From: Paraspadella gotoi
Lineage: Eukaryota; Animalia; Chaetognatha
DNA: 64,000 nucleotides
Direction of reading: 5' to 3'
NCBI GenBank assembly: GCA_051294375.1
Contig: CM119270.1
Location: forward strand, 5,912,027-5,976,026
The translations under genes and the position numbers were made by a program. The notes beneath the pieces are model-generated. The model saw only the letters and a program-made list of their open reading frames with translations. It had not been told where the DNA came from and did not search any database. This document shows positions 12,877 to 26,714 of this stretch, piece after piece. Every line of letters starts with the position of its first letter. Within the stretch, counting starts at the first letter, position 1.

Positions 12877-15528
12877 TCATTCCTCCACTTTGTCCAAGAA
12901 AAAAAGGCTTAAAAATTCCTCCCTCTTTCTTCGATAACAACTTTCCTGCTTTTCCTCTTTCCTCTTCTCTAACCCCGTCTCCCTCGTTTCCCTTTCCTCT
13001 TCCTCCAAATCTCTCTTTTTTCTCGATTTGAAGTATGGAACCAGAACCATGATCGATGCCGGCGAGACCCGATAGTGACCCGCGCCGCAAAGTAGATCTG
13101 GAGTGGGAACAAATGAAATAACAACTTTTAATTTTCGTTTAATATGATGTGAAGCTTACCTATTATAACACATCAATCTCGTAAACGTTATATTGAGCAA
13201 TGAAAGAAGTAATACTTGAATCTATTGATCCACCTTCTCTTTCAAATTTTATCTCACACCTGTCACACATTCTAAAACAAAGGGGTCCACACATGTCATC
13301 AATCCAGCGCCACAGTGACAAACCGGCGTCGTAGCTTCCGGTCACGTCGAATAGGAAGTCCCGGCGGACAGGAGGCCCGATGAGGGCGCCGCTCCGTTGC
13401 GACATTAACAAGCTTGAGAGAAAGAGAGAGTACCGAGACGGAGGGAGAGAGAGATGGATAAAGGAGAGATGAAAAGGATGGAGAAAAAGAGGAAAAAGAA
13501 TCGGAAGGAATGAAAGAATTAGAGAAAGGGAAAGGAAGTGCGCGAACGAAACAACAAGATACACTCTATCTAGTCAGTCGATTGTTGGTAGAGTCGCGCG
13601 TTTACAGAAATTTATACCAAAGAACACGGCTTCTACCGAATGAAAAAAAAATTATCATCATTTTCTTCTTCCCAATGTAATTCCTGTCCCGTTGATATTT
13701 TGTCCACTGCGTATCTCACAATTAATGTAAAACTTATAAAAAATCAATACTCACCGTAAGCAGAGGTTAACCCTCGCCACGCCGAACAAATCCGCGGTGA
13801 GAGAGCGAGAAAGCCAATGAATTCCGAAAAGGAGACCGTAAGGCGGCGCTTAGCGCGATGAAGGCCGGCGTACGATTGGTAGATGGCGTTAGACAAGTGA
13901 CCACTGCCCGTCAATCCGCAGTGAGGTGTAGGCGAAAAGGAAGATGGCGGCTATGACTTTCCGAGTGCAGCGCGTGACTAAACGACCTAGAAAATAGAGA
14001 ATTAAGTACGTCAAAATCTTTCCGAGATAAATTGAAAACCTTACCTATTGGTGTTCAAAATGCCGATGAGGAGAAGCAAAAATGCATTGGGTCAATAGAC
14101 CAATACTCCGAAGGAACTGCGGCAGTGAGACGAGGGATCAGGGATCCAACATTGAAGAGAACGTTGTTGACGAAAAAAGATCCACCAAAAAGTGCTTACT
14201 CTGAGGAGAAATGACAAAGTTGTATTCATTGCGTTTCCAAATTAAGAATTGTTTTTTTTTTTTTTATATTAAGCTTATCAAAATAGATAACTTGCAGTCT
14301 CTCTCACGCATTGCACTTTACTTTTAACAAAGACGTATTAAAAAAATATCACGCGACAATAGGTCTCTCATTCATTGCGGCGCCAATGATCGATCCCACC
14401 CGCATAGCAACGACGATGAGGGTGACGCCTGCGTTGTCAGTGATCGCTGCGCCAACCGAAAGTGTCGATGAGAGAATGAGGAGCTGAGAAGTATGGGAGA
14501 AAGGAAGAGAGAAAGAGTGAAAAAGGAGGAAGGAGAAAATGGGGACTAAGAAGTTAAACGGGGATCATAATAAGAGCAAATTACAAGAAATGAGTTAGAA
14601 AAAGAAATTAATAAAGTAGGGAAGATTATAAAGATACAGATTAAGACGGTGATGCCGGGTGATCGAAGTAAATAAAAAAGAAAGAAAAAGAAGAGGAAAA
14701 GAAAAAAGTGTTGTGTTTGTCAAATTCTATGACAGTTCCCAACTGCGAAAATTAATTCGCTAATCTTACAGCGAAGTCATATTATTATTTAAACAATGAT
14801 CAATGAATCGAAATGACAACATGCAATTTAACCTGAAATAAGATGCAAAAGTGAGGTTCCAAACCCGATACCCGACACAGCGATGCCAGTGGCCCACAAC
14901 TCTTTTCTTTGGGAGTAGCAGCCAACAACGGCGCGGCGGGAGTATGAATGAGTCCATATCCAACTCCGACCTGGGTAACAAATATGTATTGGACAGAATA
15001 ATATAAATAAAGATTAATGAACAATTTTTACGTACAGCGCGTACTACTTACCAACAAACCGGAGAGAATAAAAGTGAGATGATATCCTGAACGAGTAAGT
15101 ATTATGTATCCAAAGATTAGAGAACTGCTTCCTACATTACCTAAAATAAGTTAAGCTCTGTGATTAGAATAGAATATACAAAAAATAATTTGGATTTTTT
15201 TTGATAAATATGATTGGTCTTTCCCGTTTTAAAAAAAACTTTTAATTAAATTTTCCGATGATAAAACTAAAATAAATTCGAAAAGCAAAAATGCCCTTTT
15301 TCAAAGTTCCTACCACCGCATATAGATTCCAAGTACCTGTCCCCTCTCTCAATAATGACCACGAGTCTGAATCCAAACTTGTTCGCCACACGCTCGACAA
15401 GGGGTCCCGTGGCGAAGAGAGTCCGGCGCAGAGGGCGCCGACCCAAGCGAGTTGATGCAGGGTCGTCGAATTGCTCGAGGAACTCCACGTAGCAGACGCC
15501 GAAGGAAAGGCCATTCCCATGAGACCGC
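12877..15528 (-). CDS. SLC16 monocarboxylate-transporter-like gene, partial frameshifted duplicate of the 23188-26714 gene (exon 1 missing)
   Basis: Exons and introns are near-identical to 23188-25888, differing mostly by 1-2 bp indels. Truncated at ~15920, where the sequence jumps back to the XKR gene. Confidence 0.7.
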
Positions 15529-15921
15529 CTGGTAGGGTTAATTTGGTTTTAAATGAGTTCAAAAGAAAAATAACTTTTAGAAATGAAAATCATTCATGGA
15601 AAACTAATATTATCGTTTAAATAAAAATACAATAATAGTGAATTGAAGACCTCATTGGCTTGAAAAAGGAGTTATATATTCATTTAAAACGCATACAATC
15701 AATAATGTTTAATAACATTGTTTATTAGTTCTATATTGTTATTTCGTCACATAGAAAAAACGTTATCATAATCAGAAAAATATTATTAGATTTTATCCTG
15801 CCTTATTATTAAACTCTTATTGTTTCCTCATATTTTGTTCCTTTGTTTTCGTTTTTTTCTTTCCTTGATTGTTGTTTTCTTTCTAATGTCGCATTAACCT
15901 AATTTGCATATTGTATACTTA

Positions 15922-15953
<32 letters not shown>

Positions 15954-16030
15954 ACCAAAGATAGAAAGATAAAAAGAAAAAAAAGAAAAACTAAAAACGA
16001 AATTTTAACTTTGTCACAATTATTCCTCAG

Positions 16031-19000
16031 ACTTTCGCAGTGCCTCGTCCTCTTCCTCATCCTCCAATGATGTCTTCAATTTCATCGACGATGAACGCCA
16101 CCGCAGCCGCCGCAGTCGCTGCTGCAAACGCCGCCGCTGCAGCTGCCGTTCCTGCCGCTTCTGCCGAAGCCGGCTGCTCCCTCTCGGCCGACGAAATTTC
16201 CCGACAACGGACATCGACGCCAAGATCACCGTGGCGCGACTGCGGCAGGGGCGGCGGCGGCGGCAGCAGCGGCGTCACCAACGCCACCCAAAACTCTCCG
16301 CCCACTGTCTCCCCCATTCACCTTCTCTTCAGCCCCTCGTCGACCCCGTCAGACTTCGTCGTCGTCGGCGGATCGTCGCCCCAGCGCCTCGTGGACGACC
16401 CGAACCCAAAAGGCACTCCCCGCCCCGAGCGGCAAGCCCGCTCCGTCGGCGAGGCACGATCGGTGACTCCAGTCTTTCTGTCCCCGGAGAGGCTCGATCT
16501 CAGCTCCGCGTGGACGGCCCTAGGGGACTCGTCCCCGGAGGGAGGGAGATCACCCGACAACCCGACGGGCGGGCGGACGATCAGAATCGCCTCGATGCTC
16601 TTTTGTCTACATTTTATGGTCACGTGTCTCTTCGCCGCATGTGCAGCTGATTATTGGGTGAAGGGTAAGTCCCTTTTTGGGAAGGTTTTTCGGGTTGTCT
16701 TTTTTTCTGACGACTTTTAAAATATTTTTTGTCTTTCTTATTTTCTCTCCTTTTCTATCCGCCGGTTTATTAGTCTTGCCATCTTTTTTTCTTCCTTCCT
16801 TTCTTTCTTTCTTTCTTTCTTGACGACGACGTGTTTGAGAATCTCCAGAGGACGCAACTGCGAATCAATTAAAAAAAGACTGTGTTGATTTGGTTTAATA
16901 GAATTTGAATAAAAATGATTGATTTGGATTCGTTGATTGATACAATCAAAAACGGATGGACCTATAAACGGACTTGGTTTGGCCTAGTGATGTGATGCTC
17001 GTTCTTCCTTCACGAATCATCAGAATGCCGACAATCACAGACCTTACTTCAACCTTAGAATGACCAATGCCGACAGAGAAACCGACAGGAGGGATTGATG
17101 GTCAAAATTGCTAGGAAAACTGCTAAGGCATTCATCTCTAACCACAAACTCAAGAAAGAACTCTTCTTCAAATAATTATTGAACCATTTAATATTGTCAT
17201 CACCTTTGTTTAACCTTGTGTATCGTGTCATCGTTACCTATGTCATCACCCTAATCATTGTCCGTCATTAATAAACTATTGTCAACCAAATACTTTGCCA
17301 CTTATTATTTCCTCGTTATTGACAAAAAGTCAACGNNNNNNNNNNNNNNNNNNNNNNNNNACAAAAAAGACGCCAGACGCCAGACGAAAGGGAGGAAAGA
17401 GGAGGCGAGAGGGTGAGAGGAGGAAGAGACAGGTTAGGAAGGGAGCCGAGAGAGAGGAGAGAAGGAGAAGGAGAGAACGGGAGAGCGTCATCTCAGTGGG
17501 CGAGGGAGAGTGACGCCGCGGTGATGAGAGAGAGAGAGAGAGAGAGAGCGCGGAGCGGATCGGAGAGAGGACGACCGGACGGCGAGCCGAGGATGACTGA
17601 GAGCGGGAGAGTTTGGAGAAAGACCTGAGGCAGGGAGGGGTGGAGAGGAGGAGTAAGATGAAGCGGGATTGATAGATTAGTAGATGGATAGATTGATTAT
17701 TAGATTATAGATAGATAGATTAGATTAGATTAGATTAATTAGATTAGATTAGATTAGATGATTAATGATAATCATTATATGAGCTTAACCTTTTTTTTTT
17801 TATCACTTGGGAAAAAAAACACCAAAACATCAAACGCCACAACCACTACCAACCCTCCTCAACCCCTTAAACCATCCCAATTATGACCACCCCCATTAAT
17901 TACCTGCACACGAGCACGACGACCAATTCTCTGAAATCCTCCGTTTTCTGACGACGACTATCTGTTTGAGAAAGTCTCCAGAGGACCCGCAACTGCGAAT
18001 CATATTAAAAAAAGACTGTGTTGATTTGGTTTAATAGAATTTGAATTAAAATGATTGATTTGATTCGTTGATTGAACGATTTGGTTTTGACGCGATTTTA
18101 ATTGAATAAAATGTCTTGATTAGGTTTTTTTGTTGTTGATTTTCCTGATTTTATTAATTAGATTGCCAACGTTTATTGTTTATATATCAATTTCACTTAA
18201 CTTGATTGATATTATTGATTGATAATTGATTGATGGGAAAATTGATAGATTGTATGGATTGAATGATTGCATGGATTGAAATTGATTGATTGATTATTGA
18301 ATTGATTGTCTGCTTATTATATTTATTGATTGGTTTGATACTCTAACCTTGCCAGGATGGTGAAGGAGGATGCAGACGAGGGCTGACCGCAGGCGACGAC
18401 GACGAACAGTCGAAGCGAAGGGAGACCAGAAGCGAGGAGAGAGGAGAATATTAACGAGGAGAGAGACGGAGTGCAGGAGGGGGGAGCAAGCAGTGAGGAG
18501 GAACGAATGATAGAGGGGGTCTGTTTGCCGTGGGAGAGAAAGGAGTGCTGGAGAGGGAGAGAGGGCGAGTGGAGAAGGCGAGGGGATCGATGAATATATT
18601 TTTGGGTGAAATCGAGAGGCGCGTTAATTTCGAAAAGACAGACGGAAAGAGAAAGAGAGACAAACCAAAAAATATAAAAAATACTTTGACGAGAAAAGAA
18701 TGAAAGGAAAGGATAGAGGAGGATAAGAAAGAAGGAAAGTTGGGAATAATAAAGCAAAAAAAAGAGGAAACGGAGGATTTCAGAGAATTGGTCGTCGTGC
18801 TCGTCGTGCAGGTAATAATGGGGGTGGTCATAATTGGGATGGTTAAGGTGGTAGTGGTGGCGTTGATTGTAGTGGTTGTGGTGGTGTTAATAGTAGTGGT
18901 TGTGGTGGTTGTGTTTTTGATGGTTTTGGTGGTGGTGTTTTTCCAAGTGATAAAAAAAATGTAAAATGAAGTCAAAGCGATCGGAAAATAAAAGATTGTT

Positions 19001-22000
19001 AATCGCTAATACTAATCTAATATAATTCATAATCTAATCTAATCTACAATCTAATTAATCCCGCTTCAATCTTCCCTCCTCTTCCACCCCCCCCCGCAGG
19101 TCTTCCTCCAAACTCTCCCGCTCTCAGTCATCCTCGGCTCCGACTCGGTCGTCCCTCTCTCCGATCCGCTCCGCGTCATCTTCTCTCTCTCTCTCTTCTC
19201 ACCCCGGCGTCACTCTCCTCGCCCACGAGATGACGCTCTCCGTCTCTTCCTCCTTCTTCTCTTCCCTCTCTCGCTCTTCCTACCGTCTCTCCTCCTCCAT
19301 CTCGCCTCTCTTCCTCCACTTCGTCTGGCGTCTGCTTTTGCTCTCGGCCCGCGTGGGCGCCCTCTCCGTCTTCGCCTCCGCCCACGGCACCTGGACGGCG
19401 CTCGTCGTGGGGGCGCGGTTCGTGGTGACGCTGACGTGGACGTTGGGGCGCGACGCGTGGGGAGGAGGAGGAGGAGGAGGGGGAGGACGGAAAATAAAAC
19501 GCTCTCTCTCTCTCTCTCCTCTTTCTCTCTCTCTCTCTTCTCTCTCTCTCTCTTCTCTCTCTCTCTGCTCCTCTCTCTGTTCTCTCCTCCTCCTCTCACT
19601 CCTTCTCTCTGCTTCTAGATTCATCATTACCTCGTGGCGACTGAAGGACCATCCGCCGACTCCGTACCGTTCCCCCCTTATCCTGCCTCCCCCTCTCCTC
19701 CTCCCTCCTCCCCACGTCGTTCGCGCCCCAACGGTCCTACGTAGCAGCGTCACACTGAACCGCGCCCCACCCACCGAGCCCGTCCAGTGCTAGTGGGCGA
19801 GGCGAAGACAGAGAGGGCGCCCACGCGCGGCCGAGAGCAAAAACAAGGGACGCCAGACGAAGTGGAGGAAAGAGAGGCGAGATGGAGGAGGAGAGGACGG
19901 TAGGAAGGGCGAGAGAGGGAGAGAAGAAGGAGGAAGAGACGGGAGAGCGTCCATCTCGTGGGCAGGAAGGAAGAAAAAGTGACGCCGGGTGAGAAGAGAG
20001 AGAGAGAGAGAGATGACGCGAAGCGGATCGGAGAGAGGACGACCGAGTCGAAGCCGAGGATGACTGAGAGCGGGAGAGTTTGGAGGAAGACTGCGGGGGG
20101 TGGGGTGGAAGAGGAGGGAAGATTGGAAGCGGGATTGATTAGATGTTAGATTAGATTAGAATTAGAATTATGATTAGATTAGATTAGCCGATTAACAACT
20201 TTTATTTTCCGTGCTTTGACTTCATTTTACATTTTTTTTATCACTTGGAAGAACACACACCAAAACCATCAAACAACAACCACCACAACCAACTACATCT
20301 CTCCTNNNNNNNNNNNNNNNNNNNNNNNNNTCCCCCCTTCTCTTCCCCCAATTCAGCCACCCCTTCCTCCTCCGCCAACCCATGGCGCCGCCCCTCCACC
20401 TTCGCCGCCTCTCTCTTCATCTGCGGCGCCCAAGTCTTCGACGCCGTCTCCCCGGCGTTATTCCGCGGCGCCGCCGACCTCTTTGCCTTCCAACTGACGG
20501 CGACGGTGGAGAACGCCGTTCTGGTCATCCTGTGGTTCGTTGCCCGCCGCGATTTGGACTTTGGGTTCCGCGTCGTCGTCGCCGTCGTCGTCTTCGCGGC
20601 GTTCTCGGTGGGCGTGATCGTATTGGCGGCGGAGATGCATTGGAGGAAGAAGAAGAGGACGACGAGGACTTCTTCCTCCTCCTCCTCTTCCTCCTGCCTG
20701 CCCTTCCGGCGCCCCAAACTCGTCGGTTCGTCCCCCGGCGCCCTTTCGGCGCGCCCATCTTCCATTGCCACCACGGCGTCCTCCGAAGAAGGCTTTCGAT
20801 CGGCGCCGCTCGACTTCGATGAAAAGCGAAGAGCAAGATCGACGCTCGGCGCTTTCTTCGGACGAAACGAAGAAATCTCGTTGAGCTGCGCTAAACCGGA
20901 AGTCGATCAAAATCCCGACTCCAGACCGGAACTCATTTTGAAAGTCGACGGCGACGGCGCCGACTTTGACGGTAGACCAACGTGCTTAGTTTTCGGGGAC
21001 GAGGAAACGACGCCGGCGTCCCGACCGGCGTCTTGGCATCCCTTCGGCGTGGAATCCTCCGCAACGGCATCATCCTTTTCGCCTTCAGAAGTTCCTGCGG
21101 CATCGTTTCCTTCTCCTCGCTTATTCGCTTCGCCCGTAAAATTATTACCGCAAATCTCGGCGCCTCAATCATCTTTGGCCATCCCCGCAACGTCCGTCGT
21201 GACTGCCGAAAATCATTTTGGCATTCCTTCAGGCACTCCCATTGGCATTCCTCCAGGCATTCCCATTGGCATTCCGGCAAACTTCTCGTCACTGCATCCT
21301 TCGACTCAAAGATTCGAAGCCCAACAAACTCGCGAAGCTGTTCGTCCACGGACGACGAGCGGAGGGTCATCAAGAAAACGTTGCAGCGGCGGCGGCGGCG
21401 GCGGCGGCGGCGGTAACCGCGGAGGCGTCTCCATCAAAGACTCTGACGAAACTCATTCGTCCAACAGCAGAAACACAAACACGAATTTGTCGCCGACGTC
21501 GTTGTCAACTTCGTCGTCGTCGTTGCCGTCGTCTTCCACATCGTCGCTAGATGCTAACGCCGATGACGCCGTCATGAAATTCGCGACGCCGGTCGCGCCG
21601 GTGGAGAGAAGGAACGCCATCATCGTCAAAAGCGCTGCATTAGCGAATGGCGCCGTTTTGACAAAAGACACCGACGCGAAAACGGCGCCTCTGACGCCTC
21701 CGATCGACGTGGACGCCGGACCGCGTTACGCAGTCGTGCGTAAAGGCGTGGCGAGGCTGAGAGAGAAGAAAGATGGCGACGGCGTCGACGAATCAAACGA
21801 CAGAGACAGAGACGATGTTAACGTTAAGGACAGCGACCATGACGACAACGACTCATCCTCCTCCCGAACTCTCGCCTCTTCTTACTCCGAGTGCAGCAAC
21901 TGCTTCCGCTGCAGCAAATCTCGTCACTCTTTCTGCGCTCACTCCTGTAGCTGCGGCAGCGGCGGTAGCGGCAGCGACGAAGACACTTACGCTCGTTTGT

Positions 22001-22659
22001 CGGAGCTGGAATCTCAGCTGGAGGCGAAGGAGGATGCGGAGGCGAAAGCGGAAGCGAAGATCTTCATCGAGAATCTGTCGTCGCCTCCGAAGGATTTCCT
22101 GTCGACGAGAGACTCCGTATCAGTGTGGCTGAGGAAGAATCGAGTTTATCTCCAAAGAGGCGAGGATGGAGACAGGGGATACAAACTAGGAGGCGGATGC
22201 GATGGTGGAGTCGAATGCAAAGGCGGAGGCGAAGGCGGATGCGATGAGCAAGGTATACCGCAGATGAGCGAGTCATAAAATGGTCGGGAGGAAAGTTATG
22301 GTTCTTCTATAAAAGAATCATACTTAGCTGTTTCTTTTTTGTCACAGAAAAACAGCTGGACCACAGTGAGGCTCGCTGGTACGACGACGACGACGATGAC
22401 GATGCTGAAATCAACGAGGAAAAAGCGCCGAGAGACGTCGGTGTTCCGGCGCTCTCGATGCACGCGCTGTCTACTCACGCCGCTTCAATGGGACCCGAAT
22501 CAAATCGCGTCAAAAGGTAATAAAAATTACGCCGATTTTTTTATCAGTCTTTCGTTCGAAATTTGTTTAATCTGGACAGTGAAAAAAATTATTCGTTGCT
22601 TTTTAAAAAGTCCATTTCGAGTTTTGAAATATAGCTCTCTTTTCTCTCTCTCTCTTCAA

Positions 22660-22698
<39 letters not shown>

Positions 22699-22881
22699 CT
22701 CTCTCTCCTCTCTCTCTTTCTCTCTCTGTTTCTCTGTCTCTTTTTCTGTCCCTCTGTCTCTCGATCCAGATGCAACTCATGAAAAGAGTTCTGCTCCGTC
22801 GGGATGGATTCTGCGACCTACGAACCGGAAAGAAAAAAATCCGAACGCCTCTCCTTAAGATCCTTTGGGGGGAAGAGATGA
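16031..22881 (+). CDS. XK-related (XKR family) multipass membrane protein with a long low-complexity C-terminal tail, copy 2
   Basis: Exon from 19100 encodes VFLQTLPLSVILG...LHFVWRLLLLSARVGALSVFASAHGTWTALVVG, resembling the XK 'FLESAPQL' and 'F.W....I..RV.ALALFAS' segments. Exon 20357-22252 encodes FAFQLTATVENAVLVILWF...VVVAVVVFAAFSVGVIVLAAEMHWRKKK, matching the XK 'EN....LW' helix and last TM. Tail exons 22348-~22517 and 22770-22881. Middle exons are scrambled by inversions and gaps. Confidence 0.65.
17336..17360. other. Assembly gap (25 N)
   Basis: 25 consecutive N. Confidence 0.99.
17361..18770 (-). repeat. Inverted noisy copy of XKR middle exons/introns (~8280-9540)
   Basis: Reverse complement reproduces the exon LRVLWRLSQT..RRQKTEDFRELVVVLV and its flanking introns. 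Confidence 0.8.
18900..20305. repeat. Foldback: ~19620-20305 is an inverted copy of XKR sequence including ~18900-19480
   Basis: Reverse-complement match of the TM-core exon and preceding intron, ending at an N gap. Confidence 0.8.
20306..20330. other. Assembly gap (25 N)
   Basis: 25 consecutive N. Confidence 0.99.
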
Positions 22882-23187
22882 GAGAGAGAGAGAGAGAGAG
22901 AGAGAGTTAGAATTGTCGTTATCAGTGTAACTAGTCATAATTCACTTTTCCTCGTCTCATCATCGACATTGCTTAACTATTCATATTATTTTTGATAATT
23001 GTCAAAAAACTTGTTGATGTCTCATTTAATTTGAAATTGCCGACAAAAAAAAGCGAGTTTGAACTATTCAAATAGTTTTTTATTTTTTGGTTTCCAACCC
23101 TAACCCAAGGCATCTATCAATGTTAAAATTTCAGTACCAAAAAAAAATCATGTCATTCTTTTTCTTCTCTTCCTTTTTTTTCTCTCT

Positions 23188-26100
23188 TCATTCCTCCACT
23201 TTGTCCAAGAAAAAAGGCTTTAAAAATTCCTCCCTCTCTTCTTCGATAAACCTTCCTGCTTTCTCCTCTTTCCTCTTCTCTAACCCCGTCTCCTCTCTTT
23301 CCTTTCCTCCTTCCTCCAAATCTCCTTTTTTTCTCGATTTGAAGTATGGAACCAGAACCATGATCGATGCGGCGACGATAGTGACCGCGCCGCCAAAGTA
23401 GAATCTGGAGTGGGACAAATGAAATACAACTTTAATTTTCGTTTAATATGATGTGAAGCTTACCTATTATAACAATCATCTGCGTAAACGTGTATATTGA
23501 TCAATGAAAGCAGTATACTTGAATCATTGATCCCACCTTCTCTTTTCAAATTTTATCTCAAGCCCTGGTCACACATTCTAAAACAAAGGGGTCACCATGT
23601 CATCAATCCAGCGCCACAGTGACAAACCCGGCGTCGTAGCTCCGCGTCACGTCGAATAGAAGTCCGGCGACAGGAGGCCCGATGAGGGCGCCGGCTCCGT
23701 TTGCGAACATTAAGTAGCTGAGAGAAAGAGAGAGTACGAGACGGAGGGAGAGAGAGATGGATAAAGGGAGGAGATTGAGAAATGGAAATGGAGAAAAAGA
23801 GGGAAAAAGAATCGGAGGAATGAAAGAAATTAGAAGAAAGGGAAAGGAAGTGCGGAGAAGGAAACAAAAGACACACTCTATCTAGTAAGTCTGATTGTTG
23901 GATAGATGTCGCGCGTTTACAGAAATTTATACAAAAGAACACGGCTTCTACCGAATGAAAAAAAAAATTATCTATCATTTTTCTTCTTCCCGAATGTAAT
24001 TCCTGTCCCTGTGTTGATATTTTGTCCACTGCGTAATCTCACAATTAAATGTTAAAACTTATAAAAAATCAATACTCACCCGTAAGCAGAGGTTAACCTC
24101 GCCACGCCGAACAAATCCGCGGTGAGAGAAGCGAGAAAAGCCAATTGAATTCCGAAAAGGAGACCGTAAGCGGCGCTGTAGGCGATGAAGGCCGCGTACG
24201 ATTGGTAGATGGCGTATAGACAAGTGACCACGCCCGTCAATCCGCAGGTGAGAGTGTAGGCGAAAAAGGGAAGATGGCGGCTATTGACTTTTCCGAGTGC
24301 AGCGGTGACTAAACGACCTAGAAAATAGAGAATTTAAGTAAGTCAAAACTCTTTCCGAGATAAAATTGAATAACCTTACCTATGGTGTTCAAAATGCCGA
24401 TGAGGGAAAGCAAAAATGCCGATTGGGTCTTAGATAGACCCAATACTCCCGAAGAGAACTCGGGCAGGAGGACGAAGAGGATCAGGGATCCAACATTGAA
24501 GAGAACGTTGTTGACGAAAAAGATCCAAAAAGTGCTACTCTGAGGAGAAAATGACAAGTTATTATCATTGGTTTTCCAAATTAAGAATTGTTTTTTTTTT
24601 TTTATTAAGCTTATCAAAATAATAACTTGAGTCTTCTCACGATGCACTTACTTTTAACAAAGACGTATTAAAAATATCACGCGACATCATGGTCTCTCTA
24701 TATTGCGGCGCCAATGGTCGCATCAAGGCGCCCATAGCAACGACGTTGAGGGTGACGCCTGCGTTGATGAGCATCGATCCTCGCCAACCGAAAGTGTCGA
24801 TGAGGAACTGAGGAGTGGAAGTTGGGAGAAAGGAAAGAGAGAAAGAGTGAAAAGGAGGAAGGGAGAAAATGGGGACTACGAAGTTAAACGGGGATCATAA
24901 TAAGAGCAAATTACAAGAAATGAGTTAGAAAAAGAAATTAATAAAGTAGGGAAGATTATAAAGATACAGATTAAGACGGTGATGCCGGGTGATCGGAAGT
25001 AATTAAAAAAAGAAAGAGAAAAAGAAGACGGAAAAGAAAAAGTGTTGATCGTTTGTCAAAATTTTACTATGACAGTTCCACAACTGCGAAAATTAATTCG
25101 CTAATCTTACAGCGAAGTCAATATTATTATTTAAACCCAATGATCAAATGAATCGAAATGACAACATGCAATTTAACCTGAAATAAAGATGCAAAAGTGA
25201 GGGTTCCAAACCCGATACCCGACACAGCGATGCCAGTGGCCACAACTCTTTTCTTTTGGGAGTAGCAGCCAACAACGGCGACGGCGGGAGTATGAATGAG
25301 TCCATATCCAACTCCGACCTGGGTAACAAATATGTATTGGAAGAATAATATAAATAAAGATTAATGAACAATTTTTTACGTACAGCGCGTACTACTTACC
25401 AACAAACCGGAAGAGAATAAAAGTGAGATGATATCCTGAACGAGTGAAGTTATTATGTATCCAAGAGATGAGAGAACTGCTCCTGACATTACCTAAAATA
25501 AGTTAAGCTCTGTGATTAGGAATAGAATCTACAAAAAATATTTGGATTTTTTGAGTAAATATGACTTGTCTTTCCCGTTTTAAAAAAACTTTTAATTAAA
25601 TTTTCCCGATGATAAAACTAAAATAATTTCGAAAAAGCAAAATGCCCTTTTCCAAAGTTCCTACCACCGCCATATAGATTCCCAAGTACCTTGTCCCCTC
25701 TCTCAATAACTGACCACGAGTCTGAATCCAAACTTGTTCGCCAACACGCTCGACAAGGGTCCCGTGGCGAAGAGAGCTCCGGCGCAGAGGGCGCCGACCC
25801 AAGCGAGTTGACTGCAGGGTCCGTCGAATTGCTCGAGGAACTCCACGTAGTAGACGCCGAAGGAAAAGGCCATTCCCACTGAGACCGCCTGGTAGGGTTA
25901 ATTTGGTTTTAATGAGTTCAAAAGAAAATAACTTTTAGAAAATGAAAAATCATTCATGAAACTAATTATTATCGTTTAAATAAAATACAATAATAGTGAA
26001 TTGAAGACCTCATTGGCTTGAAAAAGGAGTTATATATTCATTTTAAAACGCATACAATCCAATAATGTTTAATAAACATTGTTTATTAGTTCTATATTGT

Positions 26101-26714
26101 TATTTCGTCACATAGAAAAAACGTATCATAATCAGAAAAATATTATTAGATTTATCCTGCCTTATTATTAAACTCTTATTGTTTCCTTCAATATTTTGTT
26201 CCTTTGTTTTCGTTTTTTTCTTTCCTTGATTTGTTGTTTCTTTCTTAATGTCGCATTAACCTAATTTGCATATTGTAATACTTAAGTTTGTCTGAAAAAA
26301 ACTATATTTATTTATTGGCAGGATAACAAAAAATATATTTTCTCGTTAAGATTGAACTGTTAAAAATGCTTACGAGGTTTACGAATTTCTTTTTAAGAAA
26401 TATTACATTACATACGCTTTCAGAATTCAATCATTTACAACTTTTTTATTTTAAACTTTACGAAACAATCTGTTAAAAACGGCGTTAAAAAACTAAAAAC
26501 AAAAAAAATTTATATTCAAACAACTCACCTCGCAGACGAAAGACGCCAGCACCACCATCCACAACCAATTTCCGTCGGGGTGCTCCCCCCAATCCCCACC
26601 CGCCACCGTCCTCGCCAACGACGACGACGACGACGACGACGACGACTTAATTCGTTCATCGTCGGCGACCCTCGAGGCGATGGAGTGACGGGAGTTGACT
26701 GGAGTGATCCCCAT
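23188..26714 (-). CDS. SLC16 family monocarboxylate transporter (MFS), paralogue B, about 9 exons
   Basis: Exon 1 (26714-26529) ends [18 protein letters not shown], a variant of the SLC16 PDGGWGW motif. Exon 2 from 25888 reads [17 protein letters not shown]. Later motifs: [29 protein letters not shown]. Last exon [17 protein letters not shown] ends at stop 23188. Scattered indels are probably sequencing errors. Confidence 0.85.

Noticed and set aside
12877-15528. Third MCT gene or MCT pseudogene
   Set aside because: Intron-level identity with paralogue B and indel-dominated differences point to a redundant noisy assembly copy.
20245-20356. N-terminus of the 677-aa ORF as a real start
   Set aside because: It crosses an N gap and an inverted artefact segment. 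The real exon starts at the acceptor before 20357.
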